A stretch of DNA of 64,000 bases from Candidatus Nitrospinota bacterium M3_3B_026 (GTDB lineage: Bacteria > Nitrospinota_A > UBA7883 > JBPRGF01): assembly GCA_051418015.1 (NCBI GenBank), contig JBPRGF010000024.1:1-64000 (forward strand), in the 5' to 3' direction. The position numbers were made by a program, and so were the translations under genes. Below, piece by piece: positions 26,855 through 36,100 of this stretch. Each line of letters begins with the position of its first letter. Positions within the stretch are counted from its first letter, which is position 1. The notes beneath the pieces are model-generated. The model saw only the letters and a list, made by a program, of their open reading frames with translations. It did no database searches and had not been told where the DNA came from.

Positions 26855-27861
26855 GGTTCCACGACCCTGCGTGGCTGTGGTTTATCCTCGCCGCGCCCGC
26901 CATCGCCGCGCTTGGGCTCCACGGCGTCAACAGGAGCGCGGCCGCCCTGCGCCGTGTTGTCTCCGGGAGGCTCGTTCCCGCGGGCTCATTCAGCAGCGCA
27001 AGGCGCGGGGTCCTGCTGCTGTCGGCGTCGCTCGCCTTGCTGGCGTTCGCCCTCGCCCGGCCGCAGTACGGCGTGAAACCTGTCCAGGTCACGCGGTCGG
27101 GGGTGGACATAATGATCATGCTGGACACGTCGAAGAGCATGGCCGCGGAGGACGTCAGGCCCAGCAGGATGGAGAGGGCGAAAAACGAGGCGGCGCGGCT
27201 TATCGATGCGCTGGAGGGCAACAGGATGGGGCTCATAGCCTTCGCCGGGGCCAGTTTCGTGGAGATTCCCCTCACCCTCGACGCGGGCGCGGCGCGCTTG
27301 ATACTGGACGGTATGGGCGTCGGGTCGATCCCCGTTCCCGGCACCGCCATCGGCGAGGCGCTCCGCGCCGCCTTGAAAGCCTTTGAGACCAGCAAGGCCA
27401 GGACGAAGGCGGTGATACTCATAACCGACGGCGAGAACCTGGAGGATGACGCGCTTGAGGCGGCCAGGGAGGCGGCGGAGGCGGGCCTTACCGTCTTTAC
27501 CGTCGGCGTCGGCTCCGAGGCTGGAGCGCCCGTGCCACAGATCGGCCAGACCGGCGAGGCGGCGGGTTACAAAAAGGACAAGGACGGCCGGATCATCATG
27601 ACACGCCTGGACTCGGAGACCCTCCGGGAGATCGCCGCGATAGGCGGCGGAGACTTTTATCGCGCCGGGGGCGGCGGGCAGGGCCTCTCCGCCTTGGTGG
27701 AACGGCTTGAGCGTATGGAAAAGACGGACATAACCTCGCAGGAGTTCACCGAGTACGAGGAGAGATATCAGCCCTTCGTCCTCGCGGCGCTCGCGCTGCT
27801 TGCGCTGGAGGGGGCGCTTTCGCGGCGCTCCTCGCGCTCGATCCGCGCGCCGAGGGTGTAG
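26851..27861 (+). CDS. batB: VWA-domain protein BatB-like
   Basis: ALARPQYG, DTSKSM, PLTLD, ITDGE; ATG at 26851. Confidence 0.88.
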   Translation: MRFHDPAWLWFILAAPAIAALGLHGVNRSAAALRRVVSGRLVPAGSFSSARRGVLLLSASLALLAFALARPQYGVKPVQVTRSGVDIMIMLDTSKSMAAEDVRPSRMERAKNEAARLIDALEGNRMGLIAFAGASFVEIPLTLDAGAARLILDGMGVGSIPVPGTAIGEALRAALKAFETSKARTKAVILITDGENLEDDALEAAREAAEAGLTVFTVGVGSEAGAPVPQIGQTGEAAGYKKDKDGRIIMTRLDSETLREIAAIGGGDFYRAGGGGQGLSALVERLERMEKTDITSQEFTEYEERYQPFVLAALALLALEGALSRRSSRSIRAPRV

Positions 27862-29117
27862 CTTATAAGCTCCGCGGTGTGAAGAACCGGCCTGCCGGCG
27901 CCGAACCTGTTCAGGGCGTCGGCAAGCTGCGACTGGCACGACGGGCACGCCGTCACCACGACGTCCGCCCCGCTCTTTTTCACGGCCTCGGCCTTGAATT
28001 TTCCTATATCCATCGCCATGCCGTAATGCTTCATGGCGAAGGTCCCCGCGCCGCCGCAGCACATGTCCGCCCCCTCCATCTCCACGAACTCCACGCCCGG
28101 CAGACTCTTTATGAGTTCCCGCGGTTCGCGGAACACGCCCATGCCACGCTTCAGGTGGCAGGGATCGTGATAGGTTACTTTCAGCTTTCCGCCGCCGTTT
28201 CTGGACGCGGCCGAGGCTTTGACCTTCAGCGCAAGCAGCAGCTTCTGGAAGTCCACCATCTTCTCCGCGACGGCGTGTACCCGTGGGTCGTCCGGGAAAA
28301 GCTCGCGGTACACCTCCCCCACGACGGAGCCGCAGGTGGCGCAGGAGTAGACGATCGCGTCGGCTTCCGCGGCGGCCAGCGCCTCCACGTTTTTCATGGC
28401 GAGCTTTTTGGCGGTCTCCACGTCGCCGCTGTAATAGGCCGGCGCGCCGCAGCAGACCTGCGCCTTCGGAAAGACGACCGCAAGCCCAGCCTCGCGCAGC
28501 TTTTCCACCACCGCCGTCCCCGTCTCCGGAAAGGCAAGGTCCGTCATGCAGCCGCTGAAATAGGCCACCCGTTTTATGGCGCCTTCCGTTGGCGGCGAAA
28601 GCGGCGGGAGCGTCTCCTTCAGGCGGAAGCGGAGGTTTCTCTTCAGAAAATTCGGCGTGACCCTTTTGACGCCGTCCGGCGAGTAGGGCAGAAATTTCGC
28701 CAGCGGCCCCGGCGCGAGCTTGTAAAAAAGCCCGCCAAGCCCCGTGAGCTTGGCCAGCAGGTTCAGCCTGCGCGGATAGGGCAACAGATGTTTGAATATG
28801 AAATCGGCGATCCGCCCCGCGCCTTTCGCGCGGTATACCTCCGCGCGCATGGCGGAGAATATTTTCATCGTGTCCACGCCGGAGGGGCAGGCGGTCTTGC
28901 AGTTCATGCAGGACAGGCACTGGAAAAAGTCGTTCTCCACGCGCCCCGTCAGCCCAAGCTCGCCGGCCAGCGCGCCTTCGGCCAGGCGTATCTTGCCCCT
29001 GGCCGCCAGCGTCTCGGACCGCGTCTGCTCGTAGGTGGGGCATCCCGCCTGGCACGAGGCGCACTTGACGCATTTTTCTATCTCGCTCGAGACGTTCAGC
29101 AGATGTTCATAGCTCAT
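27768..29117 (-). CDS. (Fe-S)-binding protein, GlcF / heterodisulfide-reductase-like (two 4Fe-4S motifs plus two CCG domains)
   Basis: CVKCASCQAGCP, CLSCMNCKTACP, CCGAP, YHDPCHL, CCGGAG; ATG at 29117. Confidence 0.9.
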   Translation of the reverse strand: MSYEHLLNVSSEIEKCVKCASCQAGCPTYEQTRSETLAARGKIRLAEGALAGELGLTGRVENDFFQCLSCMNCKTACPSGVDTMKIFSAMRAEVYRAKGAGRIADFIFKHLLPYPRRLNLLAKLTGLGGLFYKLAPGPLAKFLPYSPDGVKRVTPNFLKRNLRFRLKETLPPLSPPTEGAIKRVAYFSGCMTDLAFPETGTAVVEKLREAGLAVVFPKAQVCCGAPAYYSGDVETAKKLAMKNVEALAAAEADAIVYSCATCGSVVGEVYRELFPDDPRVHAVAEKMVDFQKLLLALKVKASAASRNGGGKLKVTYHDPCHLKRGMGVFREPRELIKSLPGVEFVEMEGADMCCGGAGTFAMKHYGMAMDIGKFKAEAVKKSGADVVVTACPSCQSQLADALNRFGAGRPVLHTAELISYTLGARIEREERRESAPSSASSASAARTKG

Positions 29118-29228
29118 GGTTCGATTATAGCATCCGGTGTTTTCGGCGTTCTTTCCGGCGCGGTCAGCGGTCGTCGATTGCTGGACTGGACGAAGCGAAA
29201 CAGCGCACCGGAGGGCCTTTTCTCTCCT

Positions 29229-29343
29229 CTTCCCCCTTGCAGGGGGATTTTCAGTCTTATCCTCCTCCTCCGACGGGGGCAAGATGGGGGTGATGTTAAT
29301 TATACCCCCTCCCCTTGATCCCCTCCCGCCGGGGGAGGGGGAA
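29229..29343. repeat. Cluster of degenerate REP-like hairpins
   Basis: TCCCCCTTGCAGGGGGA, CTCCTCCGACGGGGG...GGGGGTG, and CCCCTCCC-GCC-GGGGAGGGG in an intergenic gap. Confidence 0.55.
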
Positions 29344-29381
29344 GTTGTTGGTTGTCGCGGGCGCGCTTTGGTTTTTGGGCT

Positions 29382-30860
29382 TCAGCGGTCGCCGGTTTCT
29401 TCATCCATGAGGCGGGCGGCGAGGATGAAGGCGTCGTCCCTACTTTCGATCTCGCCCAGGGCCGCCGCCTCGGCGATTTTCTCCAGAAGCCGCCCGAGAA
29501 GACGCCCCGGCGCCAGGTTGAAGCGTGTCATGAGGTCATGGCCGTTCACCGGCGGTTTCCCTTTGGACGCGGAGCGCTCCATCTCATCCATCAGTTCCAG
29601 GACGTTTATCACGGCCTCTTTTTCCCTTTCCCTTCGGCTTTGCGGTACGGCCGGGCCGCGGGCGGCGGAGGCGTCGGCCAGGGCGAGCAGGAGACCCGCC
29701 AGCGCCCAGCCGCCAAGGTCACGCTGGAACCTGTAAGCGGCGCGTCTTGATATGCCCCTGTCCGAGACGGCGTTGAAGGGGCGAAGGTGCTCCCGGACGA
29801 GTTTGGCGAATCCGTCCCTTGCCGCGCCGGGGAGCCGCAGGCGCGAGGCGATGGCGCGGACGAGCCTTTCGCCTGTCCTGTCGTGGCCGATGAACCGAGT
29901 CGCGCCGTTTTCAGATATCGTTTTGTCCCGGGGTTTGCCTATGTCGTGAAGGAGCGCGGCGAGCTTCAACACAGCAAGCTTCGGCGCGCCGTGGGAGACC
30001 TCGCGGGCCAGGTCGTCCATGATCCTCCCCGCCCACGGGGCGAGGAACGAGGGGGGATCGTTCACAAGCAGCTCGGCGTTTTTGAAAGTCTCGATGGAAT
30101 GGTCGAACACGTCCAGGTGATGCCATCCGTTCTGGGAGACGCCCCGGCCAGCGGCAAGCTCCGGGAAGAGCGTGTCCAGGACGCCGTCCCCGGCCATCCG
30201 GGGGACGCATGAGCGGCTATTATCGTTGCGCAGGATATGGAAAAGCTCCACGGACACCCTCTCCCCCGGCGCGGCGGGCAGCAGAGGCAGCGCCTCGCGG
30301 ACCTGCGATGTGACCTCCGGGGTCATGGCCAGGCCGTGGCTCAGCGCGAAGCGGTAAGCGCGCAGGATCCGCGGCGGATCGTCCTGGATGGAATCCGGCG
30401 AAGCGGCGCGCAGCCTCTTTTCGTCAAGGTCGCGCAGGCCCCCCATGGGGTCGATGATCTCGAACTCTTTGCCCGTCCACCTGGCCGCCACGGCGTTGAT
30501 CGTGAAATCGCGCCGCCGCAGGTCCTCCTCGATCGAACGCCCGTTCAGAAGGCCCACGTCAAGCGACGAGCCGCCCTCTCCCTTCACGACCATCCTTGCG
30601 ATCCTTCGTTTCTCGTCCAGGACGACGAACCCCAGCCCCTCCCTGGCGGCGAAGCCAGCGGCCAGGGGGACGGGGTCTGAGTCAATGGCAAGGTCCAAGT
30701 CCACGACGCCTCGGCCAGCGAAGAAATCCCTTACGGCGCCGCCGACGACCCAGACGCGCATCCCGGCGGCGCTGGCTTCTTTTATGAATCGAAAGGCGAG
30801 GGGGGCGTGGTCCGATATTGCGTCAGCGGGAAAACGGGGGCTGCCCTGATCGGCGCTCAT
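29382..30860 (-). CDS. Class II tRNA nucleotidyltransferase with HD domain (probably CC-adding type)
   Basis: GGAVRD..DLD, EEDLRRRDFTINA, DDPPRILR, LLHDIGK. Confidence 0.88.
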   Translation of the reverse strand: MSADQGSPRFPADAISDHAPLAFRFIKEASAAGMRVWVVGGAVRDFFAGRGVVDLDLAIDSDPVPLAAGFAAREGLGFVVLDEKRRIARMVVKGEGGSSLDVGLLNGRSIEEDLRRRDFTINAVAARWTGKEFEIIDPMGGLRDLDEKRLRAASPDSIQDDPPRILRAYRFALSHGLAMTPEVTSQVREALPLLPAAPGERVSVELFHILRNDNSRSCVPRMAGDGVLDTLFPELAAGRGVSQNGWHHLDVFDHSIETFKNAELLVNDPPSFLAPWAGRIMDDLAREVSHGAPKLAVLKLAALLHDIGKPRDKTISENGATRFIGHDRTGERLVRAIASRLRLPGAARDGFAKLVREHLRPFNAVSDRGISRRAAYRFQRDLGGWALAGLLLALADASAARGPAVPQSRREREKEAVINVLELMDEMERSASKGKPPVNGHDLMTRFNLAPGRLLGRLLEKIAEAAALGEIESRDDAFILAARLMDEETGDR

Positions 30861-30891
30861 GGCGGCTTTTCCGGGGGACGCCGTTAAGGGG

Positions 30892-32010
30892 TCACCTGGA
30901 AGGAATTGTGTCCAGAAACTCAGCGTTGGACTCGAAGGTCTCCATCTTCTCCAGCATAGCCCTGTACTTGACGAAATTCTTGTCGCCCGCCAGGGCGCGG
31001 AAGAGTGTCCATATCTTCTTGAGGTCGTCGGCCTTGTGGAGCTTTTCCTCTTTTCTTGTTCCGGTCTGGCCGAGGTTCACCGCTGGAAAGACCCTCTGGT
31101 CCGCCAGGCGCCTGTCGAGAACCACCTCGGTGTTGCCCGTGCCCTTGAACTCCTGGAATATAACCTCGTCCATCTTGCTGCCGGTGTCCACGAGGCAGGT
31201 GGCGATGATGGTGAGGCTGCCGCCGCCTTCTATGTTCCTCGCCGCGCCGAAAAATTTCCTGGGAAACTCCATTGCGCTGGCGGCGACGCCGCCGGAAAGG
31301 GTCTTGCCTTTTGTCTCTGTGTTTTTGTTCCAGGCGCGGCCTAGCCTGGTTATGGAGTCCACGATGAGCGCCACATCGTGATCCGTTTCCACAAGCCTCA
31401 TGACGCGGTTGAGCACAAGCTCCGAGGAGTGTATCTGGTCCGAAAGGGGAGCGTCAAAACTGGTGGCCACGACCTCGCCGCCCACCGTCCTGCGGAACTG
31501 CGTAACCTCCTCCGGCCGCTCGTCGATGAGGAAGGCGATCAGCTTCACCTCCGGGTGGTTTTTCCTGATTCCGAGGGATATGTCCTCAAGGAAGGTCGTC
31601 TTGCCCGCCTTGGGGGGCGAGACCATGAGCGCCCGCTGTCCCTTGCCGATGGGGGCGAAGATGTCCATGATCCTGGTGGTCATAGGCGTCCGGCCCGTCT
31701 CCAGCTTCAGCTTTTCGCCGGGGTCGATGACCGTGAGCTTGCCGAAGGGTTTTCGCCGCATCGACTCCTCGACGGAAACGCCGTCTATCCTGTTTATCCT
31801 GTCCAGGGCGAGGTTCGGCTGTTTCGCGTTTTTTCTTGATCCTTCGCCTTCTATGAACATGCCCGGCAGGAGCCGGTATTTTTTTATCATCCCCTGGCCC
31901 ACGTAGGGGTCCTCGGGGGTTATGGCGTACCCGCGCTCGAGGGAGCGCAGGAAGCCGTAACCTTTGCTGGCTATGTCCAGGACGCCGGAGACCGGCTCGG
32001 AAACGGGCAT
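30892..32010 (-). CDS. rho: Transcription termination factor Rho, short form
   Basis: GYGFLR, PIGKGQR..SPPKAGKT, IDERPEEVT, FKGTGN. Confidence 0.95.
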   Translation of the reverse strand: MPVSEPVSGVLDIASKGYGFLRSLERGYAITPEDPYVGQGMIKKYRLLPGMFIEGEGSRKNAKQPNLALDRINRIDGVSVEESMRRKPFGKLTVIDPGEKLKLETGRTPMTTRIMDIFAPIGKGQRALMVSPPKAGKTTFLEDISLGIRKNHPEVKLIAFLIDERPEEVTQFRRTVGGEVVATSFDAPLSDQIHSSELVLNRVMRLVETDHDVALIVDSITRLGRAWNKNTETKGKTLSGGVAASAMEFPRKFFGAARNIEGGGSLTIIATCLVDTGSKMDEVIFQEFKGTGNTEVVLDRRLADQRVFPAVNLGQTGTRKEEKLHKADDLKKIWTLFRALAGDKNFVKYRAMLEKMETFESNAEFLDTIPSR

Positions 32011-32386
32011 AAAAAATCGCGCAAGCTTATGAGATAAAGATTATTCCAAAAAGATCAGGCCGGCGGTGTGGCCGCCTTCCCGTTTGAAGGATTCAGTGAA
32101 TAATGAATTCCTGAAATTACGTTTAAATAGAGTTCCAAGACTGACGCGCCCCGGGTCTCCCCAAGGCCGCGGGGCGAAAGCGCTTCCGGCGCTCCAAGTC
32201 GCGTTTCATTAACTATAACACATTTTAATGATGCGCAAGAATAAATAGGCCATGGCGGGCGCAAGCCACCGGTCTTTTGCGCTTGACATGATGGGATGGC
32301 GCTTTCGTATCATTACCGTTCGCGCCACGTTTTGCATGAATTTGTATGGAGGTAGCGGCCGCGCGCCGGCCGGATGGATGGCAGCC

Positions 32387-32947
32387 ATGACGATCAAATC
32401 GGTTTGCGTATACTGCGCCTCGAGCAGGTCTGTCCCGGGGCCGAAAAGAGAGCTTGCCCGGCGCGTTGGCAAGGGCCTCGCCCGGCGCGGGATGAGGCTC
32501 GTATACGGCGGCGCGTCCATAGGCATGATGGGCGAGGTGGCCGACGCGGCCCTTTCCGAGGGCGGGGAGGTGGTGGGCGTCATCCCCGAGGGGCTCATGG
32601 CGGCGGAGGTGGCCCACGCGGGGCTGACGGAGCTGATAGTCACGAAGGACATGCACAGCAGGAAGATGGCCATGTTCGAGATGTCCGGCGCTTTCGTCTC
32701 CCTTCCCGGCGGGCTGGGCACGCTGGAGGAGACGCTCGAGATCATCACCTGGAAATACCTCGGCATCCATATAAGGCCGGTGATAATCCTGAACCACGGC
32801 GGCTTTTTCGACGATTTGCTGGCCCAGTTCGCAAGGTGCCGCAGAGAGGGCGTCATGCGCGAAGGGCTTGAGGGCCTGTGGCGGGTTTGTGGTAGCGTGG
32901 AGGAGGCGCTGGAGGCGCTGGCGCCCGGGTTTTCCGGAAAAGTGTGA
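32387..32947 (+). CDS. LOG family phosphoribohydrolase (TIGR00730-type)
   Basis: VCVYCASS, LVYGG, MHSRK, PGGLGTLEE; start 32378 or 32387. Confidence 0.92.
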   Translation: MTIKSVCVYCASSRSVPGPKRELARRVGKGLARRGMRLVYGGASIGMMGEVADAALSEGGEVVGVIPEGLMAAEVAHAGLTELIVTKDMHSRKMAMFEMSGAFVSLPGGLGTLEETLEIITWKYLGIHIRPVIILNHGGFFDDLLAQFARCRREGVMREGLEGLWRVCGSVEEALEALAPGFSGKV

Positions 32948-33132
32948 AAACGTCTTTCAGCCGTGGCGGCCAGGGTTTATATTACTTCTTGACAGCCGGA
33001 TCGCTTGTGGCTAAGTAATATTGGAGATTATATAATATCGCCTGCTGGCAAGCTTTTTTCGCATGTCCGGCTCAATCCAATGGATAGAAGGTTCATAACA
33101 CGCGGAACGTTTTATTTTTTTCGGGGGTGGTT

Positions 33133-36100
33133 ATGAGTGAGCCTCGCGGGGAGAAGGTCTGGCTTGGCCTCGACATAGGGTCGGTTTCCGTAAAGGGGGC
33201 GGCCGTCGACGCCGGAAACAACATTCTGAAGACCGTGTACACTCGCTCGAGCGGTCAGCCCGTGAACACCACCATAAGAGTCCTCAAGGAGCTCCTGGAC
33301 GCCGTGGATGGCCGCGAGGTGGGACGCCTTGGGGTCACGGGGACGGCCGGGGAGCTCATAAGCTCGCTCACCGGCGGCGTTTTCATAAACGAGATAGTCG
33401 CCCAGTCCAGGACCGTCGCCACGCTGTATCCCCACGTCAGGACGCTGGTGGAGATGGGGGGGGAAGACTCAAAGCTTCTTTTCTTCAAGGAGGAAGAGGG
33501 CGAGACGGTCCTGGAGGACTTTTCGATGAACAACCTGTGCGCCGCCGGAACGGGGAGCTTCCTGGACCAGCAGGCGAGCAGGATGGGCTACAGCATCGAG
33601 GGCGAGTTCGGCCAAATGGCCCTGAAGTCCAAAAAGCCGCCCAGGATAGCCGGGCGCTGCTCCGTCTTCGCCAAGTCGGACATGATCCACCTGCAGCAGA
33701 TAGGCGCGCCGGACTACGACATCATCGCCGGTCTGTGCTACGCCGTCGCCCGCTCGTTCAAGGGGAACGTGGGGCGGGGCAAGAAGTTTGAAAAACCCGT
33801 CGCCTTTTTCGGCGGCGTGGCCTCCAACGCGGGCGTGGTGGCCGCTCTGGCGGACGAACTGGAGATAGGGCTGGACGAGCTTTTCATCCCGCCCGAGAAG
33901 GCCGTGACGGGGGCCATAGGCTCCGCCCTCGCCTCCAGGGAGGAGGTCGGGGAGTTCGAGTTCAGGGGTGTGGAGGGCCTTTCGAACTACCAGGCCGCCC
34001 GCGACGCCGCCCGCGCGGTCATGAAGCCGCTGACCGGCGAAAAGAATGACGAAAGCTACACCACCCACACCAGGCGTCTCAACGGCGGGCCGGAGAAGAC
34101 GCCCTGCTACATAGGGATAGACATAGGGAGCCTGTCCACGAACGTCGTGGCCGTGGACAAGGACCTGAACGTCCTGGCGCGCCGCTACCTGCGAACCCAG
34201 AGCAGGCCGATCCAGGCCGTGACGCGGGGGCTCAAGGAAATCGGGGACGAGATAGGCGGCAGAGTCGAGGTCCTGGGCGTTGGGACCACCGGCTCCGGCC
34301 GCTACATGATCGGCGATTTTGTCGGGGCGGACGTCGTGCGCAACGAGATCACCGCCCAGGCCACGGCCGCCATCCATTTCGTCCCGGGCGTGGACACCAT
34401 CTTCGAGATAGGCGGGCAGGACTCGAAGTATATCTCCGTGGAGAACGGGGCGGTGGTGGACTTCGAGATGAACAAGGTCTGCGCCGCGGGGACGGGCTCT
34501 TTCATCGAGGAGCAGGCCGAGAAGATCGACCTGAACATCGAGAAGGAGTTTTCGGACACAGCGTTCCGGTCCGGCGCGCCCGGCAAGTTCGGCGATCGGT
34601 GCACGGTGTTCATGGAATCCGACCTGGTCTCCAACCAGCAGAAAGGCATGAGCAAGGAAGACCTCGCCGCCGGGCTGGCCTATTCCATCGTCTCCAACTA
34701 CATAAACCGCGTGGTGGGCCACAGGAGGATCGGGCAGAGGATCCTTTTCCAGGGCGGCGTGGCCTGGAACAAGGCCGTGGTGTCCGCCTTCGAGGCCATT
34801 ACCGGAAAGAAGGTGGAGGTGCCGCCGCATCACGACGTCACCGGCGCGATCGGCGCGGCGATGATCGCCCGCAAGCATCACGAAAAGTCGGGGTTCAGGG
34901 CGCCGACCGCGTTCAAGGGGTTCGACCTTACACGGCGCAAGTACAAGGTGACCACCTTCGAGTGCAAGGCGTGCGAGAACGTCTGCGACGTCTCCCGCGT
35001 GAAGTTCGACGGCGAGGCCAGCTACTACGGCGCGCGCTGCGAGCTTTTCGAGAAGGGGGCGAAAAAGAAAAAGAGCGAAAAGGAGACGCTCCCGGACCTT
35101 TTCGCCGAGCGGGAGAGAATGATCTTCGGCGATTACCTGGACAGGAAAAAACCCGGGCGGGACGGCAGGCCCGTCGTGGGCGTCCCCCGGGCGCTTTTCG
35201 GCTACGAGTTGTTCCCGTTCTGGAGCGCGCTGCTGGAGGAGCTGGGGGTGGAAGTGATCCTCTCCGGCAGGACGAGCCAGAGAGTGATCCGCGACTCCAT
35301 CGAGAAGGTGAAGGCGGAGACGTGTTTCCCGGTGAAGATCGTCCATGGTCACGTTGCAGACCTGGTGGACAAGGGGGTGGACTACATCTTCCTTCCGTCG
35401 ATAATCACCGCCAACGAAAAGGGCACGAAGTTCCGGCAGAGCCACACCTGCCCCATGGTGCAGTCGATACCGTTCGTCATAAAGGCCGCCATGGACGTGG
35501 GACGGTCCGGAGCGAAGCTGCTGGAGCCGGCCGTCCATTTCCAGCGCGGCGATGATTTCGTCGCCCGGGAGCTTGCGGACATGTTCAAGAAGGAGTTCGG
35601 GACGCCGTTCAGGAAGGTGAAGACCGCGGTCAAAAAGGCCCGCGCGGCCCAGAACAGGTTCTATGCCGGGCTCAAAAAGCGCGGCCGCGAGGTGATGGAC
35701 GAGGTGAAGGCGAAGGGAGGGCGGCCCGTGGTCATAATAAGCCGCCCCTACAACGGCTGCGACTCCGGGATCAACCTCGACCTTCCCCGGAAGCTGAAGG
35801 AAATGGGCAAAGTGGCCGTCCCCATGGACTGCCTGGAGCTTTCGGAGGATTCCGTCATTCGCACGAACCCGGATATGTACTGGCGCTCCGGGCAGAGGAT
35901 GCTCGCCGCCGCGGACGTCATCCGGGAGGACTCCGGACTCGACGCGATATTCATATCCAACTTCAAATGCGGGCCGGATTCATTCATCCAGTACCACCTG
36001 CGCGAGAAGCTCGGCGGCAAGCCCGTCCTGAGCCTCGAGCTGGACGAGCATTCCGCCGATGCAGGCGCCGTGACAAGGCTGGAGGCCTTCTTTGACAGCC

